Assembly (NCBI GenBank): GCA_965232515.1
Contig: CBDDPY010000002.1
Coordinates: forward strand, 3,808,001-3,872,000
Direction: 5' to 3'
DNA from: Alphaproteobacteria bacterium
Lineage (GTDB): Bacteria; Pseudomonadota; Alphaproteobacteria; GCA-2731375
DNA: 64,000 nt
This document shows positions 17,521-25,551 of this stretch, piece after piece. Position 1 is the first letter of the stretch. Each line of letters begins with the position of its first letter. Made by a program: the position numbers and the translations under genes. The notes below the pieces were generated by a model, which saw nothing but the letters and a program-made list of their open reading frames with translations, was not told the origin of the DNA and did not search any database.

Positions 17521-18663
17521 CTACAGCCCCATCTCGCGCGCGATGATGTCGCGCTGCAGCTCGTTGGCGCCTTCGCCGAAGGTATAGAGTCGGCCGTCCC
17601 GCCACATCCGCTGCATATCGCTGTCCGCGGCGTAGCCGGCGCTGGCCAGCAGCTGCATGCCGTGATGGGTCACGTATTGCAGGCAATCCGAGGCCAGCAT
17701 CTTCGCTTGCGCCGCCTCCTTGCGGCAGCGCTCGCCCCGGTCGATCAGCCAGGCCAGCCGATAGAGCATCAGCCGCGCCTGATCGACGCGGGTCTGCATG
17801 TCGGCAAGACGATGCCGCACGACCTGGAACGCGCTCAGGCGCTGGCCGAACTGGACGCGCTCCTTGACATGGGCGGCGGCGATGTCGACCGCGCGCTGGG
17901 CCTGGCCGAGCGCGTTGCCGGCCTGTCCGCTGCGGCTGTAATGCAGCGTCGCCATCATGTGCCGGAAGCCATCGCCTTCTTCGCCGAACAACGCCGTGTC
18001 GGGGACGAAAACCTCGTCAAAGCCGATATCCCACGAGGTCAGGCAGTTGTTCCCGACCTTCTGCAATTGCGTCATGGCGATGCCGTCGGCGCCACGCGGC
18101 ACCAGAAACACCGAGACGCCCCGGCTGCCGCTCGACCCCTTCTCGGTCCGGCAGGCGGTGACCAGGTAGTCGGCCTGGTCGGCGTTGCTGATCCAGGTCT
18201 TGCGGCCGTTGATGCGCCAGCCGCCCTCGACACGCTCGGCGCGGGTGACGAGGGCGCCGGCGTCGCTGCCGGCGCCGGGCTCGGTCAGCGCCAGGGAAAA
18301 GCGCAGTTCGCCGTTGATGAGGCGCGGCAGCAGCGCCGATTTCTGCGCCGCATTGCCGTAGCCCAGCAGCGACATGCCGCCGAAACACAGTGTCGTGCCG
18401 TAAAGCGACGCCGCCATGCCGGCCTGATAGGCGAGACGCTCCTGCACCAGGGTCACGCTGACCCAGCTACCCTCCAGACCGCCATATTCGGCCGGGAACG
18501 GTATCGCCATCAGGCCCAGTTCGGCGAAACGCGTCAGCATGAAGTCGGGCGGATCATGGGCCTGGTCGCGGCGCCGCACCTCTTCGGGGGGCAGGTGCCG
18601 GGCCATCATGCGGTCGACGGAGTCGAGCAGGGCGCGTTGCTCGCCGCTAATGCTGAAGTCCAA
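17521..18663 (-). CDS. Acyl-CoA dehydrogenase
   Basis: ALTEPGAGSDA, INGRKTWISNA, RVQFGQRL, FGEGANELQRDIIA motifs; TTG start. Confidence 0.93.
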   Translation of the reverse strand: MDFSISGEQRALLDSVDRMMARHLPPEEVRRRDQAHDPPDFMLTRFAELGLMAIPFPAEYGGLEGSWVSVTLVQERLAYQAGMAASLYGTTLCFGGMSLLGYGNAAQKSALLPRLINGELRFSLALTEPGAGSDAGALVTRAERVEGGWRINGRKTWISNADQADYLVTACRTEKGSSGSRGVSVFLVPRGADGIAMTQLQKVGNNCLTSWDIGFDEVFVPDTALFGEEGDGFRHMMATLHYSRSGQAGNALGQAQRAVDIAAAHVKERVQFGQRLSAFQVVRHRLADMQTRVDQARLMLYRLAWLIDRGERCRKEAAQAKMLASDCLQYVTHHGMQLLASAGYAADSDMQRMWRDGRLYTFGEGANELQRDIIAREMGL

Positions 18664-18683
18664 ACGTCACCCCCAGGGACCGC

Positions 18684-18736
18684 CGCTATTGTAAATAGCG
18701 CAACATTTTCTCAATCTGTTGCTCCATTTGCAACAG
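18684..18736. promoter_or_regulatory. Promoter/operator region of the acyl-CoA dehydrogenase operon
   Basis: AT-rich with nested inverted repeats CGCTATT-gta-AATAGCG and CTGTTGC-N7-GCAACAG; TACAAT -10-like hexamer on the minus strand. Confidence 0.5.
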
Positions 18737-19082
18737 TGGCACGGCGATCGACAACGGCCGAACGCCGGCGGACCGATTTGACCTCTGTTTGCAGTCTTCC
18801 CTTCCGCTATCACCGGCCTTCCGGATTTCCGTCCGGCATCGGGCGATCCTCGACCCGTAAACGGGCATGGGGTGAACGTCGAAGACCGGGGCGAGGACCT
18901 CCCGAGATGCCGGCCTTACGGCGTCTGTCATTCTTCGGGCGCGCGGCCCGACAGCCCGGTTCGGGCAACCGGCGTTAGCGTCACATCAATGTGGACCGCC
19001 GTTCGGCTGCCGCTTGGAAACGGCTACGTCAGAAACGTCGGTTTCCGCTGTCAAACAACCGGCCGGACGGTCTGCTGCAAAA

Positions 19083-20261
19083 TCAGGACGAAAAGGCCTC
19101 GACGACGGTGACGTTGGCGAGGCCGCCGCCTTCGCACATCGTCTGCAGGCCATACTTCTTGTTGCGTGCCTTGAGCGCATTCAGCAGCGTTGCCATCAAT
19201 TTTGTGCCGGAGGCACCGAGCGGATGACCGAGGGCGATGGCGCCGCCATTGACGTTCAGCTTCTCGTAATTGCCGCCAATTTCCTTCATCCAGGCCATCG
19301 GAACCGGCGCGAAGGCTTCGTTCACCTCATAGAGATCGATGTCGTCGATCGACATGTCGGCGCGTTCCAGCGCCCTCCTGGTGGCGCGAATCGGCTCCTC
19401 CAGCATGATGACGGGATCACCGCCGGTGACCGTCAGGTTGACGATCCTTGCGAGCGGCTGCAAGTCGTGTTCGCGGACGGCCCGTTCGCTCGCCACCAGG
19501 GCGCCGCTTGCGCCATCGCAGATCTGGCTGGCGTTGGCCGCCGTGACGCGGCCGCCTTCCTTCAGCAGCTTGACGGCCGCGATCGATTCCATGCTGGCGT
19601 CGAAGCGGATGCCCTCGTCTCGATCATGCAACACGGTGTCGCCGTGCTCGTCCTCGATCGGCAGCGGCACGATCTCGTTCCCGAACGCGCCTTCGTTGGT
19701 CGCGCGCGCCGCCCGCCGATGGCTCTCCAGGGCGAAGGCATCCAGTTCTTCCCGCGCGAACCCATACTTCTCCGCCATCATCTCGGCACCGATAAACTGG
19801 CTGAATTGCACGCCCGGATAACGCGCCTCCATCCTCGGGCTCTTGGGCTTGCCGAGGCCCGCTTCGGCGGCCAGGCGCGTCGGACTGCCCATGGGCACGC
19901 GCGTCATGCTCTCGACGCCGGCGGCAATGACCAGGTCCATGGTGCCGGACATCACGGCCTGCGCGGCGAACTGCAAGGACTGTTGCGACGATCCGCATTG
20001 CCGGTCGATGGACACGGCCGGCACGCTTTCGGGCAGCTTCGACGCCAAGACGCAGTTGCGGCCGATGTGAAAGGACTGCTCGCCGGCCATACCGACGCAG
20101 CCCATGATGACGTCCTCGACGCCGGCCGGGTCGATGCCGGTGCGGTCGACAAGCGCGTCAAGAACCGCGCCGCCCATATCGGCCGGATGCCAGCCCGCGA
20201 GTTTTCCGCCCCGACGACCGCCCGCCGTCCGCACCGCATCGACAATGTAAGCGTCTGCCAC
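19083..20261 (-). CDS. Acetyl-CoA C-acetyltransferase (thiolase)
   Basis: IDRQCGSSQQ, EVNEAFA, GHPLGASG and CEGGG motifs; GTG start with GGGAG RBS. Confidence 0.95.
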   Translation of the reverse strand: MADAYIVDAVRTAGGRRGGKLAGWHPADMGGAVLDALVDRTGIDPAGVEDVIMGCVGMAGEQSFHIGRNCVLASKLPESVPAVSIDRQCGSSQQSLQFAAQAVMSGTMDLVIAAGVESMTRVPMGSPTRLAAEAGLGKPKSPRMEARYPGVQFSQFIGAEMMAEKYGFAREELDAFALESHRRAARATNEGAFGNEIVPLPIEDEHGDTVLHDRDEGIRFDASMESIAAVKLLKEGGRVTAANASQICDGASGALVASERAVREHDLQPLARIVNLTVTGGDPVIMLEEPIRATRRALERADMSIDDIDLYEVNEAFAPVPMAWMKEIGGNYEKLNVNGGAIALGHPLGASGTKLMATLLNALKARNKKYGLQTMCEGGGLANVTVVEAFSS

Positions 20262-20478
20262 GTCACACTCCCCTTCCGATTAAAGCTGCCGACGAAAATC
20301 GCATATTTGCGCAGCCGGTTGTCAGGAATCCGCATCTTGCCTATGGGATTCCGTTGCATATCGATGATTTGGGTGGCCCTCGCCGCAGCCCACAGGCGAA
20401 TTCGCGAGCGCCAAGCTTTGAACTGCTCACGGTTCCTGTGATCCGCAGATCTGCGGCGGCTGAGCGCTCGGCCCCACC

Positions 20479-20506
20479 AAAAAAAGGCCCGGCTTGATAC
20501 CGGGCC
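20479..20506 (-). terminator. Rho-independent terminator of the hydantoinase-aminotransferase-ThDP operon
   Basis: GGCCCGG-N7-CCGGGCC stem followed by T7 on the minus strand, about 60 nt after the ThDP gene stop. Confidence 0.8.
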
Positions 20507-20567
20507 GAGGGCACAGGGAGGAACGTGCCGAGTATGAAATCCGTTGAACGCTTACGTCGCGCCAAGG

Positions 20568-22325
20568 TCAGGCGGAATGCTTGTCGGCCGGATCCTTGAG
20601 CTGTCCGTCGAACATGGTCAGCGGGGGATAGGCGTCTGGGTCTGTAACGATATCGAGCAGGGTTGCGCGAGGTCGGGCGATCGCCGCGCGAAGGGCCGGC
20701 TCGATCGCATCCGGCGCATCGATGCGGACGGCGTCGCAGTTGCAGGCCCGCGCGATCGCGGCATGATCGACGGCCTGGAAGTGGCATGCGTTCGTATGCC
20801 GGCCGAACTTCACCGTTTCGGCATCCTTCTGATAGCCGAGGACACCGTTGTTGAGGACAACCAGGACGATGGGGATGGATTCCCGCACCAGTGTCTCGAG
20901 TTCCGACCAGACGTGGCCGAAACCACCGTCGCCGACGACGCAGATCACCGGTCCGTCCGGCCTGGCGAGCTTGGCGCCGACGGCAAGCGGCAAGCCCCAG
21001 CCCAATCCGGCGAGGCCGCGCGGGGTCAGAAACCGCATGCCCGGCGCTCGGGACGCGAGGTAGGCGGTGACCCAGACCGACGAATAGCTGGCGTCCGCAA
21101 CCACCGTCATCTCCGGCGCCAGAACATGTTCGATTTCCTGCATGACCCGTTCCGGGCGAATGGGCCGCGCCTGTGATCCACAGACATCCGACGCGGCCGC
21201 CATCCGTTGGGCCCGCGCGTCAGCAATCCGTTCCGCCAGCGCGGGCCGGGCGCCTCTCCGCCGTCCAAGATCCCGCGTCCGCAGCGCCGACGCCAGACCG
21301 GCGAGCGTGAGCTTCGCGTCGCCGACCAGACGCAGCGCCTCATGGATGCGGCCGACTTCCTGGCCATCGACATCGAGATGTATGATCCGCGCGCCGGCAG
21401 GCAGCAGCGTCCAGCTGTCGGTGCCGTTCTGGTTGGTCCGAGTGCCGACGAGAAGCACAACGTCCGCCTCACCCACCAACGGCCGCGTGAATCTGCCAAG
21501 CGACCGGTTCCCCATGATGTTGCCGACGGGTCCGACGGAGAGAGGATGCCCGTCGTCAACCGCGCCCTTTCCCATGACCGTGGTCGCGACCGGCAGGGAG
21601 GCCAGCTCCTGAAGCTCGGCAAGTTCGGCTGTCGCCTGAGCGCCATGCACCCCGCCGCCGGCAATCACCAGCGGCGACCTGGCATCCGCAAGCAGATCGG
21701 CCGCCCGACCGATCAGGTCGGGATCGGCGACCGCTCGATCCAACGGCCACTGGCCGAGACGGGCCGAACGGGCGGATTGGGGCTCGGCCACCTGCTCAAT
21801 CAACAGGTCGGCCGGCAGCAGCAGAACGGCAGGTCCGGGCCGGCCGGTGCCGGCAGCCGCGAACGCCATATCGACGTAGTCCTCGACGCGCCCGGCTTCG
21901 CCGACCCGCCGCACCCATTTGGCGCAGGCCTGGAACAGGGCCATATGGTCCAGCTCCTGAAAGGCATTGCGATCGACCTGAGACCGGTTGACCTCCTGCA
22001 CCAACGCGACGATCGGGATGCTGGACTTGCTGGCCTCCGCCAACGGCGCCACCAACAACGTCGCGGCCGGGCCATTCTGCGCGCAGACGACGGCGATCCT
22101 GTTGGACCGCCGCGCATAGCCATCGGCCATCGCACCGCCGGCGTTCTCGGTCCGGTAGGTGATCTGCCGGATGCCGGCGTCCTCACAGGCCAGCACCACG
22201 GCGGACGGCAGGCTCTGGCTGAACATCACCTCAACGCCATGGCGCCGCAGGGCCGACGCAATGAGATCCGCCGCCGTTACGCGCGAGAGCCGGGTCTCAT
22301 CGCTCGACAGACTTTCCAGGGTCAT
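20568..22325 (-). CDS. ThDP-dependent enzyme (acetolactate synthase large-subunit-like)
   Basis: Catalytic Glu in RTENAGGAMADGYAR and ThDP motif GDGG...LNN. No small subunit gene nearby. Confidence 0.9.
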   Translation of the reverse strand: MTLESLSSDETRLSRVTAADLIASALRRHGVEVMFSQSLPSAVVLACEDAGIRQITYRTENAGGAMADGYARRSNRIAVVCAQNGPAATLLVAPLAEASKSSIPIVALVQEVNRSQVDRNAFQELDHMALFQACAKWVRRVGEAGRVEDYVDMAFAAAGTGRPGPAVLLLPADLLIEQVAEPQSARSARLGQWPLDRAVADPDLIGRAADLLADARSPLVIAGGGVHGAQATAELAELQELASLPVATTVMGKGAVDDGHPLSVGPVGNIMGNRSLGRFTRPLVGEADVVLLVGTRTNQNGTDSWTLLPAGARIIHLDVDGQEVGRIHEALRLVGDAKLTLAGLASALRTRDLGRRRGARPALAERIADARAQRMAAASDVCGSQARPIRPERVMQEIEHVLAPEMTVVADASYSSVWVTAYLASRAPGMRFLTPRGLAGLGWGLPLAVGAKLARPDGPVICVVGDGGFGHVWSELETLVRESIPIVLVVLNNGVLGYQKDAETVKFGRHTNACHFQAVDHAAIARACNCDAVRIDAPDAIEPALRAAIARPRATLLDIVTDPDAYPPLTMFDGQLKDPADKHSA

Positions 22326-22403
22326 GACCAATGCCTCGGCGATACGCCTGCGGCCCGGTCCGTTCGCTTATCGGTCACGAGACAGGCTCTTCCCTTCGCA
22401 TCC

Positions 22404-23744
22404 TCAATTGGCTTGCCGTTCCAAGCTGCGCAGGTCTTCGTCCTCGTCGAACACCGCGCAGAACGCGGACACAAAGAAGTCGATGTCAGCCTCCGTCATC
22501 GCCGTGCTCAGCGACGAGCACGACATGGGCGGCATGATCACGCCTCTTGCCAGCATCGCGCGCGCCATTTGGTGAAGCAGCTTCACCTCAACGGGCGTCG
22601 GCCAGAACTCGCGGTAGTTCCGCGGCTTCCGTGCCTTGAAGTGGACGCGAAACAAGGAGCCCAGTCCGGTCACGGCCGCCGGCAGACGACGCTCGGCGAT
22701 CGCGTCGGACAGCCGGGCACGCACCGTTTCTCCAAGGCGTTCCAGGCGTTCGAAGGCCGCCCGATCGAGCGCCTCCATCGAGGCGATCCCAGCCACCATC
22801 GACAGGGGGTTTGCGGAAAACGTGCCGCCCTGGGGCAGCGGCGCATCGCTGTCCGAGTTATCGAATATGGCCATCAAATCCGACCCGCCGGCGACAGCGC
22901 CAATGGGCAGGCCGCCGCCGATGATCTTACCCAGGGTGATCAGATCTGGTTCCAGGCCGAAGCGTGCCGAGGCGCCATGGTAGCCCTGCCTGAAATTGAG
23001 CACCTCATCGCTGATCAAAAGGATGCCATGACGCTTCGTGATGTCCCGGATCGCGGCCACGTAGTCGGGATCGAGCGGGATCAGGCCCGCCCGGCTCGGC
23101 ACCATGTCGATCAACAGACAAGCCAGCTCCGCCGCGTGGCGTTCCATCAGGTCAGCCGTCGTATCGATGTCGTTGAAGGGTACGACCACGACCTCGTCCA
23201 GGACGGAGGCCGGTGTACCTGCGGCGAAAGGCACGGATGCCGGCTCGCGTTCGCCCCAGTTATCGGGATTGCTGTTCTCGCTCACCTCCGCCCAATCGTA
23301 GGCGCCGTGATATGAGCCTTCGAACTTTGCTACTTTGGTTCGGCCGGTGATGGCTCGGGCCGCCTTGAGCGCGAACATCACGGCTTCCGTGCCCGTATTT
23401 ACGTAGCGCACCCTTTCGGCGGCCGGCGCGCGCGAACAGAGAATTTCGCTCAAGGCGATTTCGTGTTCCGTCGGGTTGGCAAAGCAGGTTCCGGAATGCA
23501 GCTGCCGTTCGACGGCCGCGGCGACGGGGCTGAAAGCGTGCCCATGTATCAGGGTCGTGTAGTTATTGTTGAAGTCCAGATAGCGATTGCCATCGACGTC
23601 GGTCAGCCATGCGCCCTCTCCGGCCGAAATGTAGATCGGTGTTGGATGGCGCTGGATCGTAAAGCGTGTCGTCCCGCCGGGCATGACCGACTTGGCGCGG
23701 TCGAAGAGTCTCTCGGAAGTGACATGGCGATTGTGGCCAAGCAT
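22404..23744 (-). CDS. Class-III PLP aminotransferase (glutamate-1-semialdehyde aminomutase-like)
   Basis: DVDGNRYLDF, NTGTEAVM, FEGSYHG, ISDEV and LGKIIGGGLPIG motifs. ATG at 23744 lies 1 nt after the upstream stop. Confidence 0.9.
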   Translation of the reverse strand: MLGHNRHVTSERLFDRAKSVMPGGTTRFTIQRHPTPIYISAGEGAWLTDVDGNRYLDFNNNYTTLIHGHAFSPVAAAVERQLHSGTCFANPTEHEIALSEILCSRAPAAERVRYVNTGTEAVMFALKAARAITGRTKVAKFEGSYHGAYDWAEVSENSNPDNWGEREPASVPFAAGTPASVLDEVVVVPFNDIDTTADLMERHAAELACLLIDMVPSRAGLIPLDPDYVAAIRDITKRHGILLISDEVLNFRQGYHGASARFGLEPDLITLGKIIGGGLPIGAVAGGSDLMAIFDNSDSDAPLPQGGTFSANPLSMVAGIASMEALDRAAFERLERLGETVRARLSDAIAERRLPAAVTGLGSLFRVHFKARKPRNYREFWPTPVEVKLLHQMARAMLARGVIMPPMSCSSLSTAMTEADIDFFVSAFCAVFDEDEDLRSLERQAN

Positions 23745-23745
23745 G

Positions 23746-25551
23746 CTACGTCCTGTCTTGGATCGCCGCGTTGTCCACCGGCGCGCGATCTCGCTTCGCG
23801 GCGGCGGCCCGCGTGCCGTCAGTTCTGGTCTTGCGTTCCCGGAGCCCCTTGGTCGCGGCCTGATCGACGGCGCCGGTGGCCTCATCGACAACGACGCCAT
23901 AGCTCTGGCGGGCGGTCTCCAGGTCCAGCAACTCGTCCTGCACGTCGCGCAAAACCAAATCCGGATCACGTTCGAAGGGATCGCCCAGACCGCCGCCGCC
24001 TGGAGACTGGATCTCCAGGCGGAGCGGCCCCAGTCTGCGGACGCCGTACTGGGGCGGCTCGACGGGCTGACCGTCAGCCAACGTGATCTTCATTGCCCCT
24101 TCGGCGCCGGCAGACCCGCCGCCGGTGCCATAGCCGGTCGGGGAACGAATGCCCTCGCCGCGGAAGGAATACTCGCCCGGCGCCTCGACATCGATGACGT
24201 AATCCACGCCGCTGCCGCCCCGGTACTTGCCGGCGCCGGCGGACCGGCTGCGGAATTCCTGTTTATGGATGCGAACCGGATAAAGCTGCTCGTAGATCTC
24301 GACGTTCGGCAGGCTTAGTCCGCCGAGGGTGCAAAGTTGCCCGATGGTATTGAACCCGTCGCGTCCGTCGACGGCGCCGCCACCCGCCGATCCATGCCAG
24401 TGATACATGACGAAGGTGCTGCCTTCTTCCGAAACACCGGCACTGATGCAGTGGGAGGTCTTGCCCCAGCCGGCACAGGCAAGCGTCGGGTTGGCGGCCC
24501 CCAAAGCCTTCCAACAGGCGTGCACGATCTCACTGGTTGGGTGAACCGTATTCATCGTCATGGGTGCGGGTGGTCGCGCGTTCACCACGGTGCCTTCCGG
24601 CGCGATAATCTCCAGCGGTCGAAAGGCCCCCTGGTTCCGAGGCACCTGGGTATCGAAGAAGGACAGGGCAGCCATGAACACGGCTGAATGCGTGTTGGCG
24701 AGCGAGCTGTTCTTGAAGCCCTTGATCTGCGGATCCGTACCGCCGAAGTCGAAGACCATCGTGTCGCCCCGAACCGACAGCTTGACCCGGACCGCGACGT
24801 CCGTCTCCTCGAAGCAGTCGTTGTCGGAAGCGTCTTCGCCCAGATAGTCGCCGTCGGGCAGCCGCGCGATCTCGGACCGCATGATCCGCTCGGCATGGTT
24901 CAGGATCTCGCCGAACAGGTCTCCCGCGGTGTCGACGCCGACGTCGTCAATGATCGCCGCGACGCGGTCTGCCCCGGTCTTCGTCGACCCAACCATCGCG
25001 CGCAGATCTCCATCCAGCAGTTCCGGACACCGGCTGTTGAGAAGCAGCAGCCGCCACAGGTCTTCGCGGGTCTCGCCTTGTTCGATAAGGCGCAGGACCG
25101 GCAGGCGGATGCCCTCGTGAAAGATTTCTGTCGCCGCCGGATTGTAGGTGCCGGCGGCCCCGCCGCCGATATCGGACTGGTGCGCCCGGTTGCAGGCAAA
25201 GGCGCGGAGTTCACCATCGCCGAAGATCGGCCGCACCATTGTCCAGTCGGGCAGGTGGTTACCGCCCGCTTCGTAAGGGTCGCTGAGGATGAACACGTCG
25301 TCCTCCCCAATCTTCCCGCCAAAGGCCTTGAGGACCGCCCGCACGGCAAACCGACCGCCGCCGGTGTGGATCGGGATGCCGTCGGCGACCGAAAGCGCAT
25401 CCCCCTCCGCGTTGGTGATGAAACAGGAGAAGTCGTGCGACTCGCTGAAAATCGGGCTGCGCGCCGTGCGCGTCATCACCCAGCCCATGTAGCGGGAGAT
25501 ATGGTCGAGCTGCTTTTGGACCAAAGCGAGAAGCACCGGATCATTGGACAT
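23746..25551 (-). CDS. Hydantoinase B / 5-oxoprolinase-type subunit
   Basis: RTARSPIF...DFSC, SDPYEAGGNHLPD, AHQSDIGG and PGGGGLGDPFERDP motifs. Confidence 0.93.
   Translation of the reverse strand: MSNDPVLLALVQKQLDHISRYMGWVMTRTARSPIFSESHDFSCFITNAEGDALSVADGIPIHTGGGRFAVRAVLKAFGGKIGEDDVFILSDPYEAGGNHLPDWTMVRPIFGDGELRAFACNRAHQSDIGGGAAGTYNPAATEIFHEGIRLPVLRLIEQGETREDLWRLLLLNSRCPELLDGDLRAMVGSTKTGADRVAAIIDDVGVDTAGDLFGEILNHAERIMRSEIARLPDGDYLGEDASDNDCFEETDVAVRVKLSVRGDTMVFDFGGTDPQIKGFKNSSLANTHSAVFMAALSFFDTQVPRNQGAFRPLEIIAPEGTVVNARPPAPMTMNTVHPTSEIVHACWKALGAANPTLACAGWGKTSHCISAGVSEEGSTFVMYHWHGSAGGGAVDGRDGFNTIGQLCTLGGLSLPNVEIYEQLYPVRIHKQEFRSRSAGAGKYRGGSGVDYVIDVEAPGEYSFRGEGIRSPTGYGTGGGSAGAEGAMKITLADGQPVEPPQYGVRRLGPLRLEIQSPGGGGLGDPFERDPDLVLRDVQDELLDLETARQSYGVVVDEATGAVDQAATKGLRERKTRTDGTRAAAAKRDRAPVDNAAIQDRT

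Noticed and set aside
18737-18753. TGGCAC as a sigma-54 -24 element (also at 55401)
   Set aside because: No TTGC -12 element at the required spacing, and the orientation does not point to an adjacent gene.
18686-19082. Small ORFs or a possible riboswitch/sRNA in the 420-bp gap between ACAD and thiolase
   Set aside because: No recognisable riboswitch consensus or convincing coding signal. An sRNA cannot be excluded without an Infernal search or RNA-seq.
20568-22325. Calling the ThDP enzyme ilvB/ilvI
   Set aside because: There is no regulatory small subunit or ilvC nearby, the N-terminus diverges (FSQSLPS instead of FGxPG), and the context is catabolic.
22404-23744. Calling the aminotransferase hemL
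   Set aside because: It has HemL-like motifs, but it is coupled to hydantoinase B in a catabolic operon, so a tetrapyrrole role is unsupported.
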